Shown here piece after piece: positions 1 through 10,486 of a stretch of DNA of 64,000 bases; position 1 is the first letter of the stretch, and each line of letters starts with the position of its first letter. Below the pieces are notes generated by a model. The model had not been told where the DNA came from, searched no databases, and worked only from the letters and a program-made list of their open reading frames with translations. Both the position numbers and the translations under genes were made by a program. The DNA comes from Guillardia theta CCMP2712 (lineage: Eukaryota; Protista; Cryptophyta). The stretch covers positions 668,810 to 732,809 of the forward strand of contig NW_005434649.1 of the NCBI RefSeq assembly GCF_000315625.1. The letters are read 5' to 3'.

Positions 1-319
1 AAGCTAGAAAGAAGGGGTGGTCGAATAGTCCTTCCGTCCCTAGTTGCAGCTTTCCTCCTCTTCCCCCTCCTCTTCCCCCTCCTCTTCCCCCTCCTCCTTC
101 CCCCTCCTCCTTCCCCCTCCTCCTTCCCCCTCCTCCTTTGTCTTTCTTCCTACGCCATTTCCCCGTCAAATTTCTCCTTTCTTCCCATCGCTTTCGATTT
201 TGTGCTTTTCTTGGCTCTGCCTGTCTTGTCCCTTGCGTCTTGCTTTCAATACCTTTGTTGCCTTTCCTTCTCCGACTGTCTCACTCACAACCAGGAGCAG
301 ACAGTTCCTCGAATTCGGC

Positions 320-1381
320 ATGGCGCAGGCCCGCATCCTTCTCTTGTTTCTGTTCGCTTGCACTTCATGCGTAGAGCGCTGCAGCAGCTTTGCAACTGGG
401 AGGTTGCTGCCATGGGGTGAAGCTACCAGTCGGTTGTCATCTTCCGCGAGGAACCTGCCAAGAATGGAGGTGAAGGCGAAGCTGAGCCCGAGGATGTCTC
501 CAGCTAGCATCCCTCAGCTCAACGATCCCTTCGGTCCGTCGCGAGCTCTGAGAGATCTCGTGAAGATGACGAGACCTCAAAACATCCCAGCTGAGCTCGG
601 GCTGAGTCTCGCAGGCAGCCTCTTCGCCTCCCGGTCTCTCGCGTGCCTCGCTGACCCGCTGGTCTGGCTCGTCGCTCTCTTCAGCGCGTCCGTGGGCGTC
701 GGCTCCATGCTCATCAACGACTACTTCGACTATCGCTCAGGTGCGGACGCCTACAAGAGCAACCCGATGGCAGAGGGGACCGTACATCCAGAGCAAGCTC
801 TTCTCGCAGCATCCTCATGGTATCTCATGAGCTTCTTCTTCGCCTGCATCCTCCTCGAGTCATTCCAGCTCAGAGCGCTGGTGAGCGTCTCGCTGCTCCT
901 CACCTTCCTCTACACGCCGTTGTTGAAGGGGGTGCTCTTCCTCAAGAACTTGGTCGTCGCTTTTGTCATCGCCCAGGCGATCGTTCTGGGTGGTCTTGCT
1001 GTTGGAGACGTGAGGATGCAGAGCACCTTGCTCCCCTCCCTCTACATGTTCTGCCTCATCCTATGGCAGGAAGTCCTCATGGACATCCGCGACGTGCGGG
1101 GAGACGCGGAGGCTGGCATCAGAACGATCCCCGTCGTCCTCGGCTGCAAGTTTGCGGCTCTCCTTGCGCTCCTCTCTGCTGGGCTGGCTGCATTGCTTCC
1201 GCTCTTGGCGTCCGGTTCGACGGTGGCACGTCTTGCTCTGCCTCTGGTGCAGCTTCCTCTGCTGCATTCGACCTGGCGGCTGGTGGTGGCGGAGAAGGTG
1301 AAGGCGGAGGAGATCGCGCGAGCCCTCGGCCTGTGCGAGCGCACGGGCGCCCTCGCCATCCTCCTCCTCGCTGCTCCTTGA
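320..1381 (+). CDS. UbiA-family prenyltransferase (DGGGP-synthase/chlorophyll-synthase-like), intronless, probably plastid-targeted
   Basis: Motifs TRPQN, NDYFD...D and DIRDVRGD..AGIRTIPVVLG, plus many TM helices. The first in-frame ATG is at 320 and gives a signal peptide ending CSS-F followed by an S/R-rich transit-like segment. Confidence 0.85.
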   Translation: MAQARILLLFLFACTSCVERCSSFATGRLLPWGEATSRLSSSARNLPRMEVKAKLSPRMSPASIPQLNDPFGPSRALRDLVKMTRPQNIPAELGLSLAGSLFASRSLACLADPLVWLVALFSASVGVGSMLINDYFDYRSGADAYKSNPMAEGTVHPEQALLAASSWYLMSFFFACILLESFQLRALVSVSLLLTFLYTPLLKGVLFLKNLVVAFVIAQAIVLGGLAVGDVRMQSTLLPSLYMFCLILWQEVLMDIRDVRGDAEAGIRTIPVVLGCKFAALLALLSAGLAALLPLLASGSTVARLALPLVQLPLLHSTWRLVVAEKVKAEEIARALGLCERTGALAILLLAAP

Positions 1382-1679
1382 TGATGCCGCGAGCCTGCAT
1401 ACCCCATGCGAAGAAACCTGCTTTTAGGGATAGACCCAGGGGGAGGGGGTTAAAATAAACTAAAATGTAGGGGTAGTCCATAAGGCGCATTTCGTAATGC
1501 GACCTTTGTCCTTGCCGCTTGTTGTGCTACTGATCCATTGCTGCGCCTCCTCCTCCTCCTCGCTCTCTCCTCCTCTTCCTCCTCCTTCCACTTCTGGATC
1601 CTCCTCCTCCTCCTCCTCCTCAACATTATTTCTCCAATCCTGCTTCTCCCTGCTTCCGATTTCTCGTATCTCATCGCGA

Positions 1680-2716
1680 TGTGGCTTTGGCAGACCTCCC
1701 TCCTTTCAGCCCCGTCACTTCAGTCGCACGCTTTCATCGAGCATGGCGGGTTGTGAAGCAGCTGACGACTCGCAAACTCCAAGTCACAGCCGCATCCTGT
1801 TGGCCCCAGCAGCTCCTCGCGTGCATGCGCTTGAAGCTAAAGGAGGAACACCCTGGAGGTTCAACAGCTCTTGGCACCTCTTGCATCGCCAGCAGCGATT
1901 GTCGTCCTGCTGCGAGGTCTGGACCAAGGAGGAGAACACGCGGGTCTTCAAGTCCTTCCTCTCCCACAGCACCGCCGGGACCAGTCAGGTGGGGGTGAAG
2001 TTGAGGTGGAAGAGATCCCCTTTGCTGGATCTGGCGTCGGTTGCCAGGTCTGGGAGTCCTCGGTGGCTTGCGCGCTCCTCCTCGCCGCCATGCCTGCGGG
2101 CTGGCTATCGGAAGCTGGTTCTCTCCTCGAGCTTGGCTCGGGGGTGGGGTTAGGAGGAGGAGCAGCGGCTGAGCTGAGAGACCACCTCGGGTTGGATCAG
2201 ATACTGCTGTCGGACTGTCAGAGCAGCCTCGTTGAGCTGTTGAGGAGGCGGCGAGGTGAATCGGAGGGAGTGGTAGAGTTGGACTGGAACAAGGAGGAGG
2301 AGGTCAAGGCTGCGAGCAGCATGGCAGAGGGAGTGATGGCCTGCGATTGCGTTTATTACCATCCTGACATGCTCGCCTTGCTTCGAGCTGCTGCTCCCGG
2401 TGGCCTCCTCCAGCCCAAGCTGGGACTCTTTCTTGCCCCTCAGCATCGCTCGTGCTTCCAAGAGTTCCGGCGACACCTGCGGAAGAAGGCGGAGGAGGAG
2501 GGGCAGCACTGGTGCTCCTTCGAGGTGAAGCTGGAGGGGAGGCACGACTTCCTTCCTCGCCCCAGCGAGACCATCCTGGGCAGCTTGTCGGGCAGCCTCG
2601 ACCGTGAGAACAGAACGTCGATGACGCGCGTGTCCGGCTTCATGTTCTCCTCCTCCTTCAAGGTCATCCACGAGCTCAAGACAAGGCTGACGGAGGGAGA
2701 TGCTCGCAATGTCTGA
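1680..2716 (+). CDS. Class I SAM-dependent protein methyltransferase (Methyltransf_16/METTL21-like); 5' exons uncertain
   Basis: GCQVWESS, LLELGSGVGLGG (motif I), LSD, LDW and ACDCVY motifs in ORF 1871..2716. Confidence 0.75.
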
Positions 2717-2727
2717 GCCTCATCTGC

Positions 2728-5310
2728 TCAACAAGTCGAAGGCGCTTGAGGTCGACAGCGGAGGAAGCGACTCGTGCGAGGGCGATGAGACCTGCGAGGG
2801 GTGAGCAGTCCTTCTCTTCCTCCCCGTCTTACTGTCGCAGACTCGACGTGCTTCAAGAGCTCGTCCAGTCGCTCCTTCCAATCAACGAACGACGTCGCAG
2901 CTGACGGTACATGAGACAAGTGGAGAAGCCGAGGAGAGGCAGAGGAGGCGTTACCTGCTCCTGCTCTTGTCAGCGCTTCCTCTGCCCTGGTCTTGCTGCT
3001 TGCTTCCCCCTCATGCTCGCGTAGAGGAGGATTGAAGTCCCGCGATGCTGGCGGAGAGAGCTCGACGGTTAAAGGAGGAGGGAGAGAAAGGCTGGCGCGA
3101 GCTCGAGGCTCTTCCTGTTGGAGGGTGTTGGGGTTGGTAAAGGCTGAGGAAGAGGAGGAGAGGCTTGTTCGAGGGTGCGAGGTGGGAGGAGGCGGGACGG
3201 GTGGAGGAAAGGAGAGGTAAGGAGGCTCGACATTGGCGAGGAAGGAAGCATGAGCTGTGTGCAGGCTCTTCAAGATGCTCGCGGGAGCGTCAGGGTGATG
3301 GGGGTCGAGAGAGATCTGCGAACACTCAAAGAAGAAAATCGAAGAGAGAGTGGATGGAGAAGGTAGCGAGAGAGGGGAGGGACCTCTGCTGAAGAGGTTG
3401 CAACTTTACCTCGCAGTCTTGACAGGCAGCAGAGAGTCTCGTCAGCATTGTCTTTACCTGCCGCTCCAGTCTCGTAAAGTTGTCCTCCATCCTCCGCGCT
3501 CCCTCCTGTGCAATCGCCCTGTACGGGGTCAGCGAGTGAGGAGAGACGGAGCCCTTCCCCTCCTCGAGCTACTTTACCTTCCCTTCCCCTCCTCGAGCTA
3601 CTTTACCTTCCCTTCCTCTCCTCGAGCTACTTTACCTTCCCTTCCCCTCCTCGAGCTAGTTTACCTTTCGTGTCGTTGCAGCTGGAGCTCTCGGGTCAGG
3701 GTTCGCAGCTCAGCCTCCTTCTCTTCCACCAGGGTCTGCCGCGGCCTCTCACTTCCTCCTCCTCCCCGCCTCTCGCCTGCCTCAAGCGTGCGAACTCGCG
3801 AGCCGAAGGCAATCTCGCCGGCGGTGACGGCAGCAGAGGAGCGTTGCTGGAAGAGAAGCTCGCGAGCATGCTGGGGAAGGCAGTGAGAAGAGAGAGCGAG
3901 GCAAGCAGACGAGGATGAGGAAAGAAGAGTGGGAGGGTGAAGGCGAACAGTTGGCACCCGCTCATTTCTTGTTAGATTCGCTTCCGTCACTCCGAGATCT
4001 CTGCGCAGGTCGAGCACCATCTGACCCTGATTGAGAAAGGAAGGGGAAGAACAAGCGAGGAGAAGTACAAGACAGAGAGGAGGAGGAGAAGTACAAGACA
4101 GAGAGGAGGAGGAGAAGTACAAGACGGGAAGGAGGAGAAGGAGCACAAGACAAGAGGAGGATTAGGCTCAACCTCCTCTGCGGACTTAGTTTGCTGCTTG
4201 TATTTCTCCAGCTCCTCCAGGAGCGCCTGAAGGGACTGAGTCTCCTCCTCCCTCCCCCTCCCCCTCACCTCGCGCTCTTCCACCATATCATGGCACATGT
4301 CCAGCAAGTTGAAGAATTCTGCTGACCCTCGCGCCAGTCGCACCTGAAACAACTTCACCGACACTCACGTTGCCTCCTTCCTCCCTCCTCTCGTCGCTAC
4401 CGTGAAGTAGTGCCACAAGTCCTCGTCCTCCTCCAAGTCGCTGCTGTTCTCCGAGTCCGAGTCCTCCCACTCCTCAGCTTTCTGCGTGTCTTCATTCGTC
4501 TCTTCCTCTCTCCTGGAGCTTTCTGCTCCCCTCCCTCACTCCTCTCTTGCTCACGCTTCCCTCACGCTTCCAGCTCCTGCTCTTCCCCACGCTCCTGCTC
4601 CTTCTTTTCAGCCTCTTTCGTGGTCTTCCTACTCCCTCTTATCCTCTTTTCTCATCCTCCTCCACTCCACACCCTGACGAGTCTACTACGACCACTGGCT
4701 ACTCCAACTTTCTCCAAACCAGCTCAAATCCTTTCTTTCCTCCTCCTCCTCCTCCTCCTCCTCCTCCTCCTCACTTTCTTCTTCGACGCCTGGCTCAGGG
4801 ATCTCCGCATGACCAGAGACACGCCGGAGCCAGGGGGGCCGAGCAGGAGCATGTTGACCTGAGGAAGCAGCAGAGGCGCCACGTCCACCCCCTCCACCCG
4901 CACCAGCTCGTCTCCGATGCTGTCATCCATGTCAAAACCCCAGCAAATCCCCAGCTACCCCAATCTCTCACCAGATCGATGGATTCTTCGCACGATCTGC
5001 TGCAGTTCCAGGGAGAATTTCTTGAACGCGAAAACGCTTGACAGGAGGAGGCTGAACTCGGACAACAGCTTCCTCCTCCTCCTCCTCCTCCTCCTCCTCC
5101 TCCTCCTCCTTGTTTCTTTTGTCCTTCCCCAGCTTGTCTTTCACACCAAGGTTGAGGTTGACAAAACCTGCTGAGGGTCAGCTGGAAATTGAGGGACGTT
5201 TGGCTCACGCGGAGGGGAGGAAGTTTCGAGGTGAGAGAGGATCAGCCCGACGCCGTTGACAGTGAAATGCGAAGCATCCGCCCGCACGTGAAACATCATT
5301 TCCTGTCTAC
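2728..5310 (-). CDS. Multi-exon PDZ-domain plus coiled-coil protein
   Basis: Hand-spliced minus-strand exons read NGVGLIL...FRVQEILPGTAADRAK...IGDELVRVEGVDVAPLLLPQVNMLLLGPPGSGVSLVMRR (PDZ, ~4790-5260). E/K/R-rich coiled-coil exons follow (ALLEELEKYKQQ, LVEEKEAELRTLTRELQ). Gene limits are approximate. Confidence 0.55.
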
Positions 5311-5469
5311 ATCTTCACTCCTCCTCCTCATCCTCCTCCTCCTCCCTCACCTTAAACTTTTTAGTCTCTTCTTCCCCCTCCTTTCTTTGTCTTTCACCAT
5401 TCGAATCTTTCTCGTGTCTCTCCTTGAGCGAGCTGTTGAGACAAGATCAAAACTTCCTCGTCATTTCCT

Positions 5470-6950
5470 CTTTTCTCTTTACCGAACTGTTTTCAGCTCT
5501 TCGATACACTTGGCATTTACGCTTGAATCAGCCCAAGAAGCTTTCGAGGATATTTCGCGATCAAACTTCTTAGAAGCCTCTGCCCTGCAAGCAAGCCATA
5601 AGGTCTCCCTCCCTCCCTCCCTCCCTCCCTCCCTCCTTCGCTTCACCGCATGTTGAATTGTCGAGATGGCAACGTCTCTGCTTGCCGACGAAATGGATTT
5701 CTGACGACGCGACCAGCAGCATCGAGGCCAGGGAATGCTCGTTCCTCCTGAGGAAGCGAATGAAACAGGGAGAAGAGGGCATGGGCTCACCTCCTTCTCC
5801 TCTTCCCACTGAACTTTCTTGTCCGTTTCCTTGGGCATCCCAGGAGCTCCGTTGAAGGCCCCCCGTATCCCCCATAGGTCGAGAGGAACGGGTTTCCCGT
5901 CGATCCCCTCCTCCCCATGCTGCCGCTTCTTGTCAGCTCGAGCACATGCAAACCAGCAGGACCCCAGCTGTGAGCGTGCTGAGAGGGACGGGCACATGCT
6001 TGGGATGTCGACGCAGCAAATGACCGACTGGATGGCCTGCAGCAGCAGAGAGAAGAACTGAGCAGCAGCAGCAGCGGAGGAGGAGGAGGAGGAGGAGGAG
6101 GAGGAGGAGACCTTGACGGACAGGAATCTGAGAGGCGAGTGAGTGTCATGCCAATGCAGGAGAACAATCACCTTGGTGAGGACACGATCATAGGCATCTC
6201 GGAGAACAGGCGGCGGAATCACGATCTCCTCCTCTTCGCCACTGAGGGACGAGTAGGAGGAGGAGGAGGAGGAGGAGGAGCATCGTTAGAAGAGATGAGA
6301 GGCAGACAAGGCTTACAGTCTTCTGCTCTTAATCGTCTCCGCCAACCGTCTAGCTGCTGTGGAAGCTTTCTCAGCCTCCGACCTGTGGCCTTGGACGAGT
6401 CAAAACAGTTGAATTCGCTCCTATACCCCCATTTTCCCTCTCCTCCCTTCTAAGTCCTCTCTCCTCCCCTCCCCTCCCGACCCCTCTATTCTCANNNNNN
6501 NNNNNNNNNNNNNNNNNNNNNNNNNNNNNNNNNNNNNNNNNNNNNNNNNNNNNNNNNNNNNNNNNNNNNNNNNNNNNNNNNNNNNNNNNNNNNNTCCTCC
6601 TCCTCCTCCTCCTCCTCCTCCTCCTCCTCCTCTCCTCCTCCTCCTCCTCTCCTCTCCTCTCCTCTCCTCTCCTCTCCTCTCCTCTCCTCTCCTCTCCTCT
6701 CCCTCTCCCTCTCCCTCTCCTTACCTATCACTTGCTCCGCTATCTGCGCTATATGACCCGACATTTTGACTACCTTGATCAAATCATCGGCAATCGAATC
6801 GAACCGATTCATGTTGATTCGATTCGATTCAAAGCAGGTTGACTCAGTGAGGTCACAGGAGCTGGGCAACAAGGCACAAAACAGTACAATTGATGACCAG
6901 TTGGTCACGTCATACATGGAAGAGGACGGTGATGAGGAAGAGGCCTCCGG
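5470..6950 (-). CDS. Exons of an uncharacterised protein, possibly the 5' part of the PDZ gene; abuts the retroelement nest
   Basis: Protein-like exons (IPPPVLRDAYDRVLTK, AIQSVICCVDIP, RFDSIADDLIKVVK) separated by microsatellite introns and a gap. Confidence 0.35.
6495..6594. other. Assembly gap; others at ~10920-11018, 12404-12503, 16211-16310, 39273-39430 and 60769-60868
   Basis: Runs of N. Confidence 0.99.
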
Positions 6951-7714
6951 TGATTGGCATCCCGTCTTTCAGCTTGGCAGATGCGGGGCGCGGCAGCTGC
7001 AACATGGAGGGCGTCGGGGTTGATACTGCTCAGACCCACGATCGCAGATTCCAAGATCTGAGTTTGCGGCCATGAGGATGGGAGGCGTCTGAGTTTTACT
7101 CGCAGAAGGTAAAAAGTGCCTCACAAGCAGAAGAAAGCAGCAACAAGCAAAACCGGCAAGCATAGAGGATGGGAGGGTACCTGCGGTCGAAAGGTGACCG
7201 ACGATCCCCAGCTGGCATCGCCTTGACTGTTGTCATGCGCTATAGGAAGCTTGGAGGATCCAGAAGCATCAAGCGGGAAAGCCTTGAGGGGATTAGTTTT
7301 ACTCGCAGATATGATCCTTCCTCGTCCAGCTATCAGACCCTTGTTCTGCTCTTTGAGCACCTTCCCGCCTTACTGCTTCCCGTACCCAACGTATGTGCCG
7401 CTGCGCCCGCTGAGGATATATAGCCTAAGGGTAAAGCGTACACTGGCGGGCAGTAAATCCTATAGAGGATTTACTGGCAGAAGATAAAAAGTGCCTCAAG
7501 CAAGACAAAGCAGGAACAAGCTGAACCGGCAGGTACACAGTCCACAGCGAGAAGCTGCACAAACACACACAAAACACAAGCCCGAAAAGAACCAGCACTG
7601 CTGGCACCCAGACGCGGCAGCGCCAGCCCAAGCGCGAAGCCGCGCAGACAAGCAGCCTAAGGGTCAGGCAATCAAGCAACAAGCAGCAGGAGCATGCAGG
7701 AGGAATAAAATCCC

Positions 7715-10486
7715 TTAGACGCGATACCCGGAGGCAGCCGACTGACCACTGTCAGTCGAGACGTCCGCTGCCGCCACAAAGCGGGCGGCCGCGGACGGAG
7801 AAAGGGCAGCCGCCGACAAGGAGCCGGCGCTGCCCGGGTGTCCGCCTGGGGCAGCGGACGGAGGGAGGCTGGACACATGAACACGGTACCGCTCGAGGTA
7901 GTCCTCCTCGCTAGCCTCCGAGTCAGCGGTAGCCAAGTCAGTGGTAGCCGCCCGTGACGGCGGCGACGCCGCGGCAATGCCCAAGGACCGGCGTGACCCG
8001 ACCGATGCCGGGGAGGAAGCAGGCGAGCTCGGACCAGCAGCAAGCACCCCAGTGGTGTCGAGCTCTCCGGAGGCACCCGACGTCACAGTGAGGGACGGAG
8101 ACGCCTCGCCAGCTCCGCGCCGATCGTCAGCGCCACTCGAAGGGTTTCCCCCATCGGAGTCGGAGACCTCCGGCGAAGACTCCTCGGGCGACTCGACAAA
8201 GTCCGAGGAGGAGCTGTCCTCTGGCTCGAGAAGTGCTTGCGCCCGCAAGGGCGTCATGCGCCTCGCACCAGACAAGAGCGCTTCCAGCGTCAGCTGCATG
8301 GTGAGGCGCTGATAGGTGGCGGCGCGTTTGCGAGCCAAGACCTCAGCAGCAGGGCCGTCATCAGGCACAAAGTGCCGACCAAACGCCGCATCCTCAAGAG
8401 GCATTGAGCGCTGAGCAATGATGTCCGCCAAATACCAGAGGAAGCGGAGGGTGTCAGGATGCAGGGTACCGTCCGTCGAGATGGCAAGAGGGATGAACGC
8501 TCGAGGAGGAGTAGTCATGGCATATGCAGCGCGATGTTTGCGAATCTTCTCAGACGCTGCAACATGGAGGGCGTCGAGGTTGACCTCCCCCCACTTGGTC
8601 AGGTCGGCAGAGCTACCAATGTAAGGGTGGACCAACGTCACGTCCGCCATCAAGTGGACCGCACCCGGAGTCCCTCGATCGCGGATTCCAGGGATGTCCG
8701 CCAAATACCAGAGGAAGCGGAGGGTGTCAGGATGCAGGGTACCGTCCGTCGAGATGGCAAGAGGGATGAACGCTCGAGGAGGAGTAGTCATGGCATATGC
8801 AGCGCGATGTTTGCGAATCTTCTCAGACGCTGCAACATGGAGGGCGTCGAGGTTGACCTCCCCCCACTTGGTCAGGTCGGCAGAGCTACCAATGTAAGGG
8901 TGGACCAACGTCACGTCCGCCATCAAGCCCTCGTACTGCTCGGACCCTCGATCGCGGATTCCAGGGATGTGGATATCGCCCTTCATCTTGCGGCCATGAG
9001 GATGGGAGGGTACCTGCCGTCGAGAACGAGGATCCCCCACTGTATCGATGACGCTCTGAAGACCAGCTTCGTTCAGCATCGACCGAATCGTACGAGTAAG
9101 GTTGTCATGCGCCGTGGGAAGCTTGGAGGATCGGCGTTTGCAGGTCTGGAGATGATGTGCAGCAACGGAGGGATCGAGCTCGCGCTGACATCCATCACAT
9201 TTCGTCGGACACTGGCAGATCGGCATGCCATGGAGATAGCAGTCGAGCATCTGAGCATAGCGGTGCGGGAAGGCCTTGAGGGGGTAGTAGCTCGAGACTC
9301 GCATCGGAGAGTGGCTCAGGTCTCGCTCAGGAAAATGAGCGAAGATGGTAGACTGCAAGACCCTATCCTGCGACTTGAGCGAGTGTGTCCTGCGGCTGTG
9401 CAAGGTGAGGATATCACGCTGCTGATCGGTCAGCGCAGCGCGAGCATGCACATGGCGAGGGAAGACGCGCATGACAAGAGGAGTCACATTTCGCTGCGCA
9501 GGGGGGAGGAATGAAGTGCTCATGAGACGAGTCGACGAGAGCGCGCAAACCAGGGATGTGTACCACAGATGCCGGGGGGCGTCCTGCGTCATCAGGCACA
9601 GCAGCCGGGGCAGGTGGGATCGCCGCGCCATCTGCAGCCGGTGCAGGAGCCTGGACACGACGGTAGAGGATCGCTCCAGCATTATGAACGAAGTCGTGCG
9701 CCTCAACGAAGAAGGTCGCCAGAGGATGCTTCTGGGCACGGAGAGATCTCGAGCAGTGAACGTCCAGGCTATGAGGAGAGGTCAGCGTCCGGGACATGGG
9801 CTGGTCAGAGTACCAAGCGAGGAAGCGAGCGATAGCCGTATAGTAAACAGCGGGGTGTAGACCCTCAGAGGGCGTGAACTCGTCCCCTCCCCGACTATGC
9901 GGAAGCTCCCGCTTGAACCTCGCAAACTCGAGCAGGTCGGGATGCGCGGCGAGGTACTGCGAGGAAGGCCAGCGGTGGTATTTCTCTAGCGCCAGGTGGA
10001 CAGAGAGGTCAAAGCGACGAATCTGTGATTGGACCCGCGGGAGAAACGGAGAAGACCCCTGGAGGAAGAAGCGCAGCTTCTGGAGATGGCTCGCCCTCAC
10101 CAGCGTCTTGAACATGAAGCCATGCTGGACGAGCCCGAGCTTCGAGAGCTCTTCGTTGAGGGTAGAAACCTTCGCTCGGAGCTGACTAGCATGAAATCCA
10201 TCCGTGCCGATAGGCAGGCCGCCAAGTGTAATCCCGCCAGTGACGACCTCGAAGTGAAGAAGTTGAGTCTTGAGACGGCGCTTAAGGCTCTTCTTCAGCT
10301 GCGAGAGATCAGGGTGTTGATGCCAGGAGGGGATGTAAACTTTCGACTCGCGAGGTTGAATCTCTAGCTTCAGATCAGCTAACATGTACTTCTTCATAGC
10401 GGACGTAGCTGCAACGGCATCCTCGAGTGGACCGACAAGCACGACGTTGTCAGCATAGGCCAAGACTCGAACAGAGGGAAAAAGCT
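7715..10486 (-). pseudogene. RT-RLE ORF broken by a 1-nt frameshift in the G6 run at 9501-9506
   Basis: ORFs 9414..10523 and 7715..9739 join as HFIPPP/AQRNV if one base is removed from the homopolymer. Confidence 0.7.
8421..8968. repeat. 273-bp tandem duplication (91 codons) of the RLE core
   Basis: atgtccgccaaatacc occurs at 8421 and 8694. The copies are near-identical except for a ~6-codon block. Confidence 0.9.

Larger units (their letters stand above)
7467..10486 (-). mobile_element. 5'-truncated non-LTR retrotransposon with RT C-terminal half and restriction-like endonuclease (RLE), CRE-like
   Basis: RT motifs VLAYADNVVLVG, LEIQPRESK and GITLGGLPIG. CCHC knuckle CDGC...HHLQTC, then AHD, KGDI, ADVTLVHP, EKIRKH and FIPLAISTDG. 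Stop at 7715, followed by a ~250 nt 3' UTR. Confidence 0.85.

Noticed and set aside
44-319. N-terminal extension of the UbiA ORF
   Set aside because: TTG start through CT-rich repeat; ATG 320 gives a proper signal peptide.
8459-9514. 351-aa plus-strand ORF
   Set aside because: Antisense shadow of the GC-rich retroelement ORF; no motifs.
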